A DNA stretch of 64,000 nt. Origin: Macrostomum hystrix. Taxonomy: Eukaryota; Animalia; Platyhelminthes. Under the pieces are notes generated by a model, which ran no database searches, had not been told where the DNA came from, and worked only from the letters and a program-made list of their open reading frames with translations. The stretch covers positions 930,001 through 994,000 of the forward strand of contig CATNEN010000011.1 of the NCBI GenBank assembly GCA_950097015.1, in the 5' to 3' direction. Shown piece by piece: positions 62,812-64,000 of this stretch (position 1 is the first letter of the stretch; each line of letters opens with the position of its first letter). A program made the translations under genes and the position numbers.

Positions 62812-64000
62812 TAGAATAGTAACTAGAATCGTAGCTGGAATCGTAGCTGGAATCGTAGCTGGAATCGATCTAGAATCGTAGCTGGAATCGTAGCTGGAAT
62901 CGTAGCTGGAATCGTAGCTGGAATCGTATCTGGAATCGTAGCTGGAATCGTAGCTAGAATCATAGCTAGAATCGTAGTTAGAATCATAGCTAGAATCGTA
63001 GCTGGAATCGTAGCTAGAATCGAACTAAAATCATGGCTAGAATCATAGCTACAATCGTAGCTAGAATCGAACTAGAATCGTAGCTAGAATCGAACTAGAA
63101 TCGTAGCTAGAATCGTAGCTAGAATCGAACTAGAATCGTAGCTAGAATCGTAGCTAGAATCGAACTAGAATCGTAGCTAGAATCGTAGCTAGAATCGAAC
63201 TAGAATCGTAGCTAGAATCGTAGCTAGAATCGAACTAGAATCGTAGCTGGAATCGTAGCTAGAATCGAACTAGAATCGTAGCTAGAATCGAACTAGAATC
63301 GTAGCTAGAATCGAACTAGAATCGTAGCTAGAATCATAGCTAGAATCGAACTAGAATCGTAGCTAGAATCGTAGCTAGAATCGAACTAGAATCGTAGCTA
63401 GAATCGTAGCTAGAATCGAACTAGAATCGTAGCTAGAATCGAACTAGAATCGTAGCTAGAATCGAACCAGAATCATAGCTAGAATCGTAGCTAGAATCGA
63501 ACTAGAATCGTAGCTAGAATCGTAGCTAGAATCGAACTAGAATCGTAGCTAGAATCGTAGCTAGAATCGAACTAGAATCGTAGCTAGAATCGTAGCTAGA
63601 ATCGAACTAGAATCGTAGCTAGAATCGAACTAGAATCGTAGCTAGAATCGTAGCTAGAATCGAACTAGAACCGTGGCTAGAATCGTAGCTGGAATCATCG
63701 CTGGAATCGTAGCTAGAATCGAACTAGAATCATGGCTAGGATCGCAGCTAGAATCGCAGTTAGAATTCAAAGCTAGAATCGCAGCTAATCTAGAATCGAA
63801 CTAGAATCGTAGCTGGAATCGTAGCTAGAATCATAGATAGAATCGTAGCTAGAATCGTAGCTAGAATCGAACTAGAATCGTAGCTTAAATCGTAGCTGGA
63901 ATCGTAGCTGGAATCGTAGCTAGAATCGTTGCTAGAATCATGGCTAGAATCATGGCTAGAATCATGGCTAGAATCATGGCTAGAATCATGGCTAGAATCG
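62812..64000. repeat. Compound minisatellite of 12-bp (agaatcgtagct) and 11-bp (agaatcgaact) units, running off the window end
   Basis: Directly visible. Confidence 0.95.

Overview
Eukaryotic (animal) genomic DNA with GT-AG introns. About half of the window is locus-specific mini/microsatellite arrays. The style (GC-richer exons with poly-Q/A runs, dozens of different 11-124 bp tandem arrays, tRNA-SINEs) suggests a free-living flatworm such as Macrostomum; this is inference and was not checked against a database. Supportable genes: (1) a very large low-complexity protein gene on + with a ~5.7 kb giant exon (exons ~7982-8126, 8278-14019, 18713-19586, 19852-20269, splice phases compatible); (2) a two-exon cytochrome bc1 subunit 7 (UQCRB/QCR7) homologue; (3) a small poly-Q gene on -; (4) a Hox1/labial gene on - (hexapeptide exon 50280-49902, homeobox exon 39841-39390) with a ~10 kb intron mostly made of minisatellites; (5) an unassigned exon at 53.3 kb; (6) a Thr/Ser-rich stalk plus TM exon; (7) a Ser/Thr kinase with DFS in place of DFG; (8) an EF-hand NCS-like protein. 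Mobile elements: a complete hAT (Charlie-like) MITE with 16-bp TIRs and an 8-bp TSD, a truncated sister copy, and about five copies or fragments of a tRNA-derived CORE-type SINE. Most long ORFs in the supplied track are artefacts of stop-free tandem repeats. No CRISPR array, rRNA or genuine tRNA gene was seen. I cannot claim a clearly new biological system. The strongest leads are the minisatellite-carrying MITE, a tandem array of recursive-splice-site-like AG|GT motifs, the isolated repeat-filled labial locus, and the giant-exon protein.
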